The translations under genes and the position numbers were made by a program. Shown one piece after another: positions 9,669-17,822 of a stretch of 24,000 nucleotides of DNA. The stretch's first letter is position 1. Each line of letters opens with the position of its first letter. This DNA comes from an uncultured Desulfomicrobiaceae bacterium (GTDB lineage: Bacteria; Desulfobacterota; Desulfovibrionia; Desulfovibrionales; Desulfomicrobiaceae). The DNA is taken from positions 29,800 through 53,799 of the forward strand of contig CALKRN010000002.1 of assembly GCA_937989665.1 (NCBI GenBank). The letters are read 5' to 3'. The notes under the pieces are model-generated. The model worked only from the letters and a program-made list of their open reading frames with translations, was not told the origin of the DNA and ran no database searches.

Positions 9669-10078
9669 AAGGGAATCTCAAGGCACAAGGCATTGCCACA
9701 AGGGTTGTAGGTGATGTTGTGCGCGAGCAAGCGAAAGATTTCATGACCACGACCGCTTTCGGCTTCTGGTTCGCTGTCTCCTCGGGAGAGCCATGCTTTC
9801 CAATCAAACCCCTGTCCTTCATCCTTGACGTAGAGAAACAAACTGCCATGCCGGCATTGGGCCCGCCACAGGACGTTTTTGGCTGGATTGCCCCTATTTC
9901 CGTGGAGGATGGCGTTGTTCAGGGCCTCGCGGGCCACAATGGCAACTTCGAAAAAGCGGTGCTCGGCCTGGTGATGGGCGAGGAGTTGGCGCAACAGTTC
10001 CACGCTTTGGTCCACGTGGACGAGTTCTGAGTTCATGGTCACTTCAATGGTGTCGTCGAAGATGGTGGCGTCGAACAT
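9665..10078 (-). CDS. Anti-sigma-factor-type serine kinase / HATPase_c regulatory protein (RsbW/SpoIIAB-like)
   Basis: 'VAIVAREALNNAILHGNRGNPAKNV' (N box) and 'LFLYVKDEGQGFD' (G1-like box), 'SGRGHEIFRLLAHNITYN'. Confidence 0.85.
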   Translation of the reverse strand: MFDATIFDDTIEVTMNSELVHVDQSVELLRQLLAHHQAEHRFFEVAIVAREALNNAILHGNRGNPAKNVLWRAQCRHGSLFLYVKDEGQGFDWKAWLSRGDSEPEAESGRGHEIFRLLAHNITYNPCGNALCLEIPL

Positions 10079-10079
10079 C

Positions 10080-11201
10080 TTACACCTCGATGCCCAGGAG
10101 GACGGCGTCGTCTTCAGTAGGGCCTTTGTGGGCGGTGATGGTGGTATGGATGGCCTCTACAGCATCGGCAAGGGGCACATGGCTCACCGAACGAATGGCA
10201 GCCCACAACCGGGCGATGCCTTGATCCCGGGTGAAGGGGGAAGCGCCAAAGCCTTCGATGAGACCATCGGTATACAAAAAGATGCGGTCTCCAGGGTGCA
10301 GAGGGAGGGTGACTGGGGTCCAGAGGGCAGTTTCGAAGACCCCAAGGATGTCACCCTCGGCCTCCACGAGCTCGAGGGTGCCATTGGTGCGGGCGAGGAT
10401 AGGCGGTGGATGGCCAGCGTTGACGATATGGGCGCACCCTTGGACGCGGTTGAGGCGCGCCATGGCGAGGGTGGCGTGGGCGCCGTCCGTGAGGATGCGG
10501 GTGAGCACGCGGTTGGTCATGGCCAGGCTTTCTTCGGGGGCAGTGGCGGCATTGACGTTTTGCCGCAGGAGGGCGGTGAGGGCGGAGGTCAGGAACCCAG
10601 CACTGAGGTCATGGCCACTGACATCGGCGACGATATAGTCGTAAATCCCTATCCCGGTGGCGAGCACATCATAGATGTCGCCGCCAGCCTCCAGTACCGG
10701 GGCAAAATGGACGCCGAACTTGGCTTCGGGCAGGTCGTGAGGGCGAACGAGGAGCGATTGTTGGGCCGCCTGAATCTGGCTAAGGCGTTGGGCCTGTGCC
10801 TCAACGAGGGCCCGGTGGGTGAGGCGTAAGCGGAGATGGACTTTGACCCGAGCCAAGACCTCGGCTTTTTCAAAGGGCTTGGAGATGAAGTCCACCCCGC
10901 CGCACTCAAGACCATGGACACGGCTGGCGGTATCGGTGAGGGCGGAGATGAAAATGACCGGGATGTCCGCCGTTTGGGGATTATCCTTGAGGTATTGGCA
11001 GGTCAGGTAGCCGGTTTCCTCCGGCATCATGACATCGAGGAGGATGAGGTCCACCGGGTGGAGCGCTGCTAGCTCCCTTGCCTGGGGGCCGGATTGGGCC
11101 GTAAGGGTGGCAAAACCGTTGCGTCGGAGCATCGATTCTAAGATCCGGGCATTGAGGGACTCATCGTCCACAATAAGGATAAGCGGGGTACGCTGGTCCA
11201 C
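10080..11201 (-). CDS. Response regulator with C-terminal PP2C/SpoIIE-type serine phosphatase (RsbU-like)
   Basis: Receiver domain 'LILIVDDESLNARILESML...DLILLDVMMPEETGY...VIFISALTD...GGVDFISKPF'; phosphatase 'GGDIYDVLATGIGIYDYIVADVSGHDLSAGFLTS', 'NAGHPPPIL', 'DRIFLYTDGLIEG'. GTG start preceded by GAGGAG. Confidence 0.92.
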   Translation of the reverse strand: MDQRTPLILIVDDESLNARILESMLRRNGFATLTAQSGPQARELAALHPVDLILLDVMMPEETGYLTCQYLKDNPQTADIPVIFISALTDTASRVHGLECGGVDFISKPFEKAEVLARVKVHLRLRLTHRALVEAQAQRLSQIQAAQQSLLVRPHDLPEAKFGVHFAPVLEAGGDIYDVLATGIGIYDYIVADVSGHDLSAGFLTSALTALLRQNVNAATAPEESLAMTNRVLTRILTDGAHATLAMARLNRVQGCAHIVNAGHPPPILARTNGTLELVEAEGDILGVFETALWTPVTLPLHPGDRIFLYTDGLIEGFGASPFTRDQGIARLWAAIRSVSHVPLADAVEAIHTTITAHKGPTEDDAVLLGIEV

Positions 11202-11315
11202 GGCAACTCCTCATACCAAAATGGCATAGCGGGTTTTGGATGGGATGCAAGAGGGATTCGAGCTCGACGCAGCGCGGAGGGTCCGATAGCGCGCTGGGCA
11301 AAGCGGAGGACAATG

Positions 11316-12125
11316 ATGATAGACCTCTTCCAAGTGTATGAGGAGCTTGCCCCGTCGTTGGGCGAGGCAAGTGCCCGTATCCTGACAAAGACCTTGTCGC
11401 GCATCTACGACGATGTGCGCCAGATGGCCACGAAAACAGAGTTTCGCGAGCTCACCGCGGTTGTGGGGCAGCTTGCAGATGCCCAAAAAGGGCTTGCCGA
11501 GGCGCAGAAGCGCACAGAGGAGCGGCTTGATTCTTTGGCCCTGCGGATGGAGGAGCTTGCCGAGGCGCAGAAGCGCACAGAGGAGCGGCTTGATTCTTTG
11601 GCCCTGCGGGTGGAGGAGCTTGCCGAGGCGCAGAAGCGCACAGAGGCGCGGCTTGATTCTTTGGCCCTGCGGGTGGAGGAGCTTGCCGAGGCGCAGAAGC
11701 GCACCGAAGATGCCATTTTTATGCTGACCAAACGGGTGGATCGTTTGGAGGAGCGCGTGGAAGGCATCTCGCATTCCGTGGGGTATTCCCTTGAGAACAG
11801 TGCCTATAAGGCCTTGCCAGCACTCCTAGCGGCCCGTGGCATTGAGGTCCAAGGGCGGCTGGTTCGGCGCTATCTCGGCGAGTACCAGGTCAATATTTTT
11901 GGTCAGGGAGTGCATGCAGGTGCGCCCGTGACCATCCTCGGCGAGTGCAAAGTCCGTCCCTCACGCAAAGAGGTGGACCGTTTTCTCAAGGTCATCGCGC
12001 GGCTCGAGGCCGAGGGTCTGGTGTCGGCCCCGCGCGTCCTCCTGGTGGGGCATGATTTCCACCCTACGGTGGAGCGCTATCTCGAAGAAAAAGGTGTCCT
12101 GTGGTTCTGGTCCTATGAGTTATAG
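11316..12125 (+). CDS. Coiled-coil protein with PD-(D/E)XK nuclease-like C-terminal domain (DUF3782-like)
   Basis: ORF from 11313 (two adjacent ATGs; CGGAGG upstream). 21-aa repeats 'LAEAQKRTEERLDSLALRVEE', then 'GEYQVNIFGQGVHAGAPVTILGECKVRPSRKEVDRFLKVIARLE'. Confidence 0.83.
   Translation: MIDLFQVYEELAPSLGEASARILTKTLSRIYDDVRQMATKTEFRELTAVVGQLADAQKGLAEAQKRTEERLDSLALRMEELAEAQKRTEERLDSLALRVEELAEAQKRTEARLDSLALRVEELAEAQKRTEDAIFMLTKRVDRLEERVEGISHSVGYSLENSAYKALPALLAARGIEVQGRLVRRYLGEYQVNIFGQGVHAGAPVTILGECKVRPSRKEVDRFLKVIARLEAEGLVSAPRVLLVGHDFHPTVERYLEEKGVLWFWSYEL
11492..11706 (+). repeat. In-frame 63-bp tandem repeat, about 3.4 copies, inside the coiled-coil CDS
   Basis: Unit beginning gcttgccgaggcgcagaagcgcacagagg... 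starts at 11492, 11555, 11618 and (partial) 11681, exact 63-nt period with few substitutions. Confidence 0.95.
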
Positions 12126-12202
12126 CTGTTTTGGGCACAATGTCCCATGCTTGCTGTGGCTTCGGGCTTGCCGAAGGCTGTACTTTTTGCCAGAAAGCCC
12201 CC

Positions 12203-12682
12203 ATGCGCATCTCCGCCCGTACCCGCTATGCCACCCGGATTTTACTTGATCTGGCAGAACACGCCACCTCAGGCCCGGTGCCTGTGTCGGATGTGGCGCT
12301 CCGCACCGGGATTACGCCCCAGTTCATCGAACAGATCATGAAGGCCCTGCGCCGCTGCGGTCTTGTCATGAGCCGGCGGGGGGTGGCGGGGGGGTATGTC
12401 TTGGCTGCGGATCCGACCTCCATCTCCCTCGGGGCGATCGTGCGTTGTACTGAGGAAATTCAAGACCTTGCCCCATGCGTGGATGAGCCGGATCGCTGCC
12501 ACCGTGCCCAGGGGTGTCGAACCCGGCAGGCCTGGCGGCGGATCGCTCGAATCCTCTTTGCGGAGCTTGATGCCATCTCGCTGCACGATCTCTTATCAGG
12601 CGAGGTGCAACGATGTCCCGGAGCGAGCGGACCGTTGGATGCTGATGAAGATGACGAAGACGAGCAGGAGAGGGGATGGTGA
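12203..12682 (+). CDS. Rrf2 family transcriptional regulator with likely Fe-S ligand cysteines
   Basis: 'MRISARTRYATRILLDLAEHATSGPVPVSDVALRTGITPQFIEQIMKALRRCGLVMSRRGVAGGYVLAADP'; three-Cys region 'CVDEPDRCHRAQGC'. ORF extends upstream to TTG 12131. Confidence 0.86.
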   Translation: MRISARTRYATRILLDLAEHATSGPVPVSDVALRTGITPQFIEQIMKALRRCGLVMSRRGVAGGYVLAADPTSISLGAIVRCTEEIQDLAPCVDEPDRCHRAQGCRTRQAWRRIARILFAELDAISLHDLLSGEVQRCPGASGPLDADEDDEDEQERGW

Positions 12683-13854
12683 GTTTGCTGCCGCAGGGAT
12701 TTCGTCTTGGTGTGGCTGCTTGTGGTTTCCGTCGTCCGGATCGGTGGGATCTCGCCTTGATCGTGACGGATGCCCCGTCTGTGGCTGCGGGCGTGTTCAC
12801 CACAAACCGCTTTCAAGCGGCCCCGGTGCTTGTGGCCCGCGAGCACCTTGCCGCCAACCCTCGGGGAATGCGCGCCATCCTCGTCAACTCGGGTCAGGCC
12901 AATGCCTGCACAGGAGATGAGGGCTTACGCCGCTGCCGGGCCACGCTGGACCTCCTTGCCCCGGCCGGGATTGCCCCCCACGAGGTCTTGCCTGCCTCGA
13001 CAGGGGTTATCGGAGACCATCTGCCACTTGATCGCTGGCCAGCCGGGATAGCGGCCGCCCTCGCGAGCCTGGGACAGGTGCCCCTCGTGGACGCGGCGCG
13101 GGCCATCATGACTACCGACACCTTTCCCAAGGTGGCCACGGCCGAAGTGGCAGTGGATGGTCAGGTCATCCGACTTGCCGGGATAGCCAAAGGTGCAGGC
13201 ATGATCTGCCCCAACATGGCCACCATGCTGGGGTTTATCCTTTGTGATGCCACCGTAGAGCCTGCGTGGTGGCAGGCGGCCTTGCGCCGGGCGGTGGATG
13301 GGAGCTTCAATGCCATTACGGTGGATGGGGATACCAGCACCAATGATTGTGTCCTGGCCTTGGCCAGTGGCATGGTGCCGGTGCCGCAGGCAGCACTCCC
13401 TCAGCTGGAAGCCGCCTTGGGAGATGTTTGCCAAGAACTCGCCTTCCAAATTGTCCAAGACGCCGAGGGTGGGACGAAGGTCCTGCGCATTCAGGTAGGT
13501 GGCGCGGTCAGTCCATCGGATGCCCAGGCCGTTGCCCGTGCGGTAGGCAATTCCCCCCTCGTGAAGACTGCCCTCTACGGTCGGGACCCCAACTGGGGGC
13601 GGATCGTGGCGGCGGTGGGCCGCAGCGGCGCCCAATTTCGGCCTGAAGACGTGACGGTGGCCTTGGCCGGACACACGGTATTTGCGGGTGGTCTCCCCGT
13701 CCCCGGCGATTGGGATGGCTTGCTCGCCTCGGCCTTGCGGCGGGACGAAATCTCCATTGCCATCCATTTGGGCGCGGGAACAGCTGGCTGCGAACTCTTG
13801 GCCTCGGATTTGACCGAGAAATACATCCGCATCAATGCGCGCTACCGAACCTGA
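12676..13854 (+). CDS. argJ: Bifunctional glutamate N-acetyltransferase / amino-acid N-acetyltransferase
   Basis: 'GVFTTNRFQAAPV', 'ILVNSGQANACTG', 'VIRLAGIAKGAGMICPNMATMLGFILCDA', 'FNAITVDGDTSTNDCVLALASG'. Confidence 0.96.
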   Translation: MVSLLPQGFRLGVAACGFRRPDRWDLALIVTDAPSVAAGVFTTNRFQAAPVLVAREHLAANPRGMRAILVNSGQANACTGDEGLRRCRATLDLLAPAGIAPHEVLPASTGVIGDHLPLDRWPAGIAAALASLGQVPLVDAARAIMTTDTFPKVATAEVAVDGQVIRLAGIAKGAGMICPNMATMLGFILCDATVEPAWWQAALRRAVDGSFNAITVDGDTSTNDCVLALASGMVPVPQAALPQLEAALGDVCQELAFQIVQDAEGGTKVLRIQVGGAVSPSDAQAVARAVGNSPLVKTALYGRDPNWGRIVAAVGRSGAQFRPEDVTVALAGHTVFAGGLPVPGDWDGLLASALRRDEISIAIHLGAGTAGCELLASDLTEKYIRINARYRT

Positions 13855-14467
13855 AGCCTCGGTACAGGGGACGACAACGTCCCACGTCTGGGAACGTCTC
13901 GCGGACCTGATTTTCGAGCTCGGCATGCTCCGCAAGACCCCGCGCACGGGGTACCAGTTCCTTGGCTCTGGGGCCGAGAATGTGGCGGAGCACTCTTTCC
14001 GAACTGCAATGATCGGCCTGATCCTGGCCCGGCAGGCAGGTGCTGACGTTGCCCGCACTGTCCTTTTGTGCTTGTTCCACGACCTCCATGAGGCTCGGGT
14101 GGGGGATTTCAATTACGTCAACCGTCTCTACAACACGACAAATGCCGAGGCCGCCTTGCGGGATGCCTTACGTGGCACGGGCCTCGAGGACGAAGGCGTG
14201 GGGCTGTGGCGGGAGCTTGAGGCTGCCGCCACCCTCGAAGCTCGTTTGGCCCATGACGCGGACCAATTGGATTTTATCGCCAACCTCAAAGAAGAACAGG
14301 ACCGAGGTAACCCGTATGCGGCCACCTGGCTCAAGCATGCCATCCCTCGGTTGCGCACCGAGATTGGCCAAAGCCTCGCTCAGGCCATCTTGGCAACCGA
14401 TCACACCCGCTGGTGGTTTGCCGGTCCTGATGTCTCGTGGTGGCGCCGGGGCAATGGCCGAAAATAG
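13835..14467 (+). CDS. HD domain phosphohydrolase (YfbR/HDDC2-like 5'-nucleotidase family)
   Basis: 210 aa; 'ENVAEHSFRTAMIGLILA', 'VLLCLFHDLHEARVGDFNYVNRLYN', 'AHDADQLDFIANLKEEQDRGN'. Confidence 0.87.
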   Translation: MRATEPEASVQGTTTSHVWERLADLIFELGMLRKTPRTGYQFLGSGAENVAEHSFRTAMIGLILARQAGADVARTVLLCLFHDLHEARVGDFNYVNRLYNTTNAEAALRDALRGTGLEDEGVGLWRELEAAATLEARLAHDADQLDFIANLKEEQDRGNPYAATWLKHAIPRLRTEIGQSLAQAILATDHTRWWFAGPDVSWWRRGNGRK

Positions 14468-14969
14468 GCGGCTTTGGGCAGGCAGTATCTTGCTTTCCCT
14501 CCTATTCCATCTCGCCCCGTGGTTGCCCTGGTCGTGGGGAGGATGGTGGGGGCAACGCACGTGGGAGCCCGCTGGGTCCTCGTGGCGTGAGTCCCTTGCT
14601 GGGGCCGCTCATGGCCGGCATCGAATGCTCATAGCCGATGTTGTTTGGGGAGCACCCAAGGCAACACCTATCCGAACGAGCACCACGCAGTCAGAAGTGC
14701 AGACCGAGCGGTTGCGGGTGATCCAGAGGGTGGTTCGCCTGGCGTGGAATGAGGCGAGTCCTCCCACTCCAGGACGGGCCATCGTCGCCTTGCGGGTGGG
14801 TGAAGATGGTCGGATCCACGAATATGCCATCCAGCGCCTCGCCGGGGATGCGGCCTTTGAGCGCTTTCTCGTGGGCTTTGTGCGCTCCCTGCTGGTTCTC
14901 CATACCGTTGCCGGGCCTGGGGAGGCCCTGTGGGTGGAGTGTGAGTTTGTGGTGGAACCATCCCGCTGA
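14454..14969 (+). CDS. Short TonB-family (C-terminal TonB-like domain) energy-transducer-like protein
   Basis: MAENRRLWAGSILLSLLFHLAPWLPW... (N-terminal TM anchor), C-terminal 'WNEASPPTPGRAIVALRVGEDGRIHEYAIQRLAGDAAFERFLVGFVRSL'. Listed ORF starts at 14040 but that part overlaps the HD gene. Confidence 0.6.
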   Translation: MAENRRLWAGSILLSLLFHLAPWLPWSWGGWWGQRTWEPAGSSWRESLAGAAHGRHRMLIADVVWGAPKATPIRTSTTQSEVQTERLRVIQRVVRLAWNEASPPTPGRAIVALRVGEDGRIHEYAIQRLAGDAAFERFLVGFVRSLLVLHTVAGPGEALWVECEFVVEPSR

Positions 14970-15139
14970 GCCGTGGATGCCGTATCCCCAGCGCAGGCAT
15001 CTCGTCTTCGCTGCAGGTTCCCGAAGAGCAGGTGGTCTTCTCGGTGCCTTGCATTCTTTTCCCAAAGGTCGATTGCCAGGAAGAGCGAAGATGCTCGAAG
15101 ACGCACATTGGCCCTTGAAATGGTCTGCCCATGGCTGGG
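14969..15139 (+). ncRNA. Candidate structured RNA in intergenic region (strand tentative; class unknown, 6S-like is a speculative possibility)
   Basis: Long-range complementary segments: agccgtgg(14969-14976)/ccatggct(15129-15136, one G.U); cccagc(14987-14992)/gctggg(15134-15139); gcaggc(14993-14998)/gtctgc(15123-15128, one G.U); cgtcttcg(15003-15010)/cgaagacg(15096-15103). Some are mutually exclusive. Confidence 0.3.
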
Positions 15140-15176
15140 TTTAGCATGAGCACTTCCATGGAATCCTGGAGGCCCT

Positions 15177-15737
15177 ATGCGCATCGCCGTGCTTTCCGAT
15201 ACCCATCTCAGCGAGCCTGATGACCAGTTGCTCGCCCTTTTCCGCTCCCATCTGGAGACTGCGGACCTGGTGCTCCATCTTGGCGACCACGTGGGATGGG
15301 CGGTGTGGGAGTTCTTCAACGCCCATCCCCGGTTTGTCGCCGTGGCAGGCAATTGTGACCACCCAGCGCTTCAGGCGCAGTTGCCGCGCCTGCGGCAGGT
15401 CGAAGTTGGGGCGCATCGCATCGGTATGGCCCATGGCTGGGGGGCTCGTGCGCAGGTGGGGGCCACGGTGGCCGCCCAGTTTCCTGACGCCACCATCATT
15501 GTCTACGGGCATACCCACAAGCGCCATTGGCAGCGTTTGGCCGATGGCCGGTTTCTCCTCAACCCCGGCTCTCTTTTTTGGCCGCGGGACGAGCATCCTG
15601 GCGGTCTGGCCTTCCTTTGCTTTGATGGTCCAGAGCCTTCCGTCCAATGGGTGAATGTGGACCAGCCCTTGTCCGCTCACTGCCCGGCACGATGCTCCCC
15701 AAAAATGGAGCAGGGAAGCGGCCAGGTAGTTGCGTGA
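15177..15737 (+). CDS. YfcE/MJ0936-type metallophosphoesterase
   Basis: 'MRIAVLSDTHLSEPDD', 'LVLHLGDHV', 'FVAVAGNCDH', 'IGMAHGW', 'IIVYGHTHKRHWQR', 'LLNPGSLFWPRD'; GGAGG upstream. Confidence 0.9.
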   Translation: MRIAVLSDTHLSEPDDQLLALFRSHLETADLVLHLGDHVGWAVWEFFNAHPRFVAVAGNCDHPALQAQLPRLRQVEVGAHRIGMAHGWGARAQVGATVAAQFPDATIIVYGHTHKRHWQRLADGRFLLNPGSLFWPRDEHPGGLAFLCFDGPEPSVQWVNVDQPLSAHCPARCSPKMEQGSGQVVA

Positions 15738-15941
15738 AGCCCGGCGTGTCGTTCCTCACCGCATGGGGGGAAGGACGCGCGCACGCATGCCGATGGTCGT
15801 CGTTCGCTAGAACAGCCTGTCTCCTTTTGGGCACCAGAGGGCCTTTCCGCCAGCAGGGGTGAGAGGCAACGCTTCGTCTCGTGGCCAAGGCCTTTGCCCT
15901 CGGACGATATCCTCAGATGGGGGGCATGGCCTCCCCGTGGG

Positions 15942-17822
15942 TTACGACTTCGGTGGCTGGATGAGCTCCGGGATGAGGACCTCGAGGCTGGCCTTCTCCC
16001 ACAGGCTCTGAAGATAGGCCTGGAAGAGCTGATCCGCGGCCTGTTGGCGCAGGGAGTCGGTCCATGCCTGTTTGGACCCTTCCCAGGTGGTAGGGTCGAG
16101 GCTGTGGACGGCCTGGATGCGGACAAGGAGAAAGGTATCACCCACCTGGTAGACCTGAGGGAGCCACTGGCCGGCTTCGTGGCGTAGGAGTGCGGCGCCG
16201 AGCTCGGGGTTGCTGCCGATGCCCGGGAGCTCACCTTGGCGGTCCACGCCTGAGACGTGACGGGAAAGGGCTGCGGCCGGCGGGGTGGGCAAGGCCGCGA
16301 GGGCGGCCTCTGCCTTGGCCTTGGCAGCGGCGCGTTGGCGCTCTTGGGTCAGCTGGGCGTGGATCTCGGCACGCGCCTCTTCCAGCGTTCGCGTTCGCGC
16401 GGGGATGTCTTCGAGCTTTGTGGCTAGGAGGTATCCGTTGGGCACGAGGATGGGGGCCTGGGTCGTTGTTCCCGGGGCAAGGAGCATCAGGGCCTTACCA
16501 TCGTCCGGCTTAAGGCCCAAACCAGCTGGGCCGTCGGCCTCACTGAAGAGGATGGGTCCCGTCAGGGAGAGACCAAGGCTTTGGGCCACTTCAGCAAGGC
16601 CTTTGCCGCGTGCAATAGCCTCAAGGGCAGTATCCAGGACGTCGCCGAGGCGCTCTGCGGCGTGGTCACGGGCGAGTTGTTCGCGGATGCTGGAGGCCAC
16701 TTCTTCCAGGGGTTTGCGGCGAGCCGGACGCTTTTCTTCCACGAGGATGAGGTGGAGGCCAAAGGGGGTGCGGACGACCGAACTCACCTCGCCCACTGGG
16801 AGGCTAAAGGCGGCCTCTTCGAATGCAGGGACCATGCGGCCGCGCTCGAACCAACCGAGATCCCCACCTCGGGAGGCGCTGGCATCTTGGGAGTGGGCCT
16901 TGGCCTCGGCGGCAAAAGAGGCCGCGTCATGGATGCGGCGGCGGATGGCCTCCAGCTCTCCGCGCACCTCGGCCTCCACCGTGGCATTGGCCTCGGGCGG
17001 TAGCAGCCGCAGGATGTGCCGAGCGCGTACGGCCTCGGGCTCGCGGAACCGGTCTGGCTGGGCGCTATAGGCGGCACGGATGGCCTCCTCCTCGATGGCC
17101 TCGGGCTTTGCCAGGGTCCGGGGGGAAATCTCCAGAAGGTGCACTCGGGCCTTGGCCGGCTCCTGGAATTCTTCCGGATGGGCGGCGTGGTAGGCGGCAA
17201 TGTCCTCTTCGCTCACCGAGACTGTCTCGCTGGAGGCGTTGAAGACAACGACCTCGAGGTCAACGGTGCGGCTAAGGACAGTAAAGAAATCCCGTGCTTG
17301 GGCCTCGGGGATGCGGCTTGCCTGGAGGATGGACTGGCGCAGTTTGGCCACCAGGAGGTCCTTGCGGAAGTCCTCCTCGAAGCGGGCCGCTTCAAGTCCC
17401 TGGGCCGCGAGGGCCTGCTGGTAGCGCTCTGGCGAAAAGCGGCCGTTGTCCTGAAAAGTTGGGATGGCGTGGACGGCCTGGGCAAGTTCGGTATCGCTGA
17501 TAAAAAGCCCCATGCGCCGCGCCTCTTGGAGGAGGAGCGTTGTGCCCACCATCTGGCGGAAGACTTGGCCACGGATATCGAGGGCATCGATGAGTTCCGC
17601 AGAAAGGCCAGGGGTTTGAGTCCGCAGGCGATCGAGGGTGGTTTGCACGGCGCGTTGGTAGTCGGCGATGGGGATGTTCTCGCCATTGACTAAGGCCACG
17701 GCCCCGCGGTGGCTGCGGTCCATGCGCCCGATGCCGAAGGCAAGGACAAAGACAACGATGATCATGGCGAACAGGATCTTGATGCCCCAGGAACGGGCCC
17801 CTTGGCGTAGGATATCAAGCAC
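15942..17822 (-). CDS. ppiD: Membrane-anchored peptidyl-prolyl cis-trans isomerase (PpiD/SurA_N-type)
   Basis: N-terminal 'LDILRQGARSWGIKILFAMIIVVFVLAFGIGRM' anchor; parvulin domain 'AVRARHILRLLPPEAN...ASRGGDLGWFERGRMVPAFEEAAFSLPVGEVSSVVRTPFGLHLILVEEKRP'. GTG start. Confidence 0.88.
   Translation of the reverse strand: MLDILRQGARSWGIKILFAMIIVVFVLAFGIGRMDRSHRGAVALVNGENIPIADYQRAVQTTLDRLRTQTPGLSAELIDALDIRGQVFRQMVGTTLLLQEARRMGLFISDTELAQAVHAIPTFQDNGRFSPERYQQALAAQGLEAARFEEDFRKDLLVAKLRQSILQASRIPEAQARDFFTVLSRTVDLEVVVFNASSETVSVSEEDIAAYHAAHPEEFQEPAKARVHLLEISPRTLAKPEAIEEEAIRAAYSAQPDRFREPEAVRARHILRLLPPEANATVEAEVRGELEAIRRRIHDAASFAAEAKAHSQDASASRGGDLGWFERGRMVPAFEEAAFSLPVGEVSSVVRTPFGLHLILVEEKRPARRKPLEEVASSIREQLARDHAAERLGDVLDTALEAIARGKGLAEVAQSLGLSLTGPILFSEADGPAGLGLKPDDGKALMLLAPGTTTQAPILVPNGYLLATKLEDIPARTRTLEEARAEIHAQLTQERQRAAAKAKAEAALAALPTPPAAALSRHVSGVDRQGELPGIGSNPELGAALLRHEAGQWLPQVYQVGDTFLLVRIQAVHSLDPTTWEGSKQAWTDSLRQQAADQLFQAYLQSLWEKASLEVLIPELIQPPKS

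Noticed and set aside
10035-10829. 264-aa plus-strand ORF opposite the PP2C-type phosphatase
   Set aside because: Antisense to clear receiver and phosphatase motifs.
11492-11706. Possible CRISPR-like array
   Set aside because: The repeats are contiguous with no unique spacers and remain in-frame inside a coding sequence, so this is a coding minisatellite.
11211-11774. 187-aa minus-strand ORF with 'LLRLGKLLHPQGQRIKP' repeats
   Set aside because: The repeats are just the reverse-strand translation of the 63-bp tandem repeat; the plus strand gives a sensible coiled coil with RBS and conserved C-terminal domain.
9665-12125. Possible defence or toxin-antitoxin island made of the HATPase, PP2C and nuclease-like genes
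   Set aside because: The nuclease-like gene is transcribed divergently from the signalling pair and no shared motif or mobile-element hallmark links them; proximity alone is insufficient.
12131-12202. Upstream extension of the Rrf2 ORF (TTG start, Cys-rich 'SHACCGFGLAEGCTFC')
   Set aside because: The Rrf2 family normally starts at MRIS.R.RYA, and the extension immediately follows the previous gene's stop without a convincing RBS; kept as non-coding leader.
12925-14112. 395-aa minus-strand ORF opposite argJ/HD gene
   Set aside because: No recognisable domain; fully antisense to argJ and part of the HD gene with strong family matches. Long antisense ORFs are expected from high-GC third-position bias.
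14668-15159. 163-aa minus-strand ORF across the TonB-like gene and the intergenic region
   Set aside because: No family resemblance and mostly antisense to the TonB-like CDS; the intergenic part is better considered as a possible RNA.
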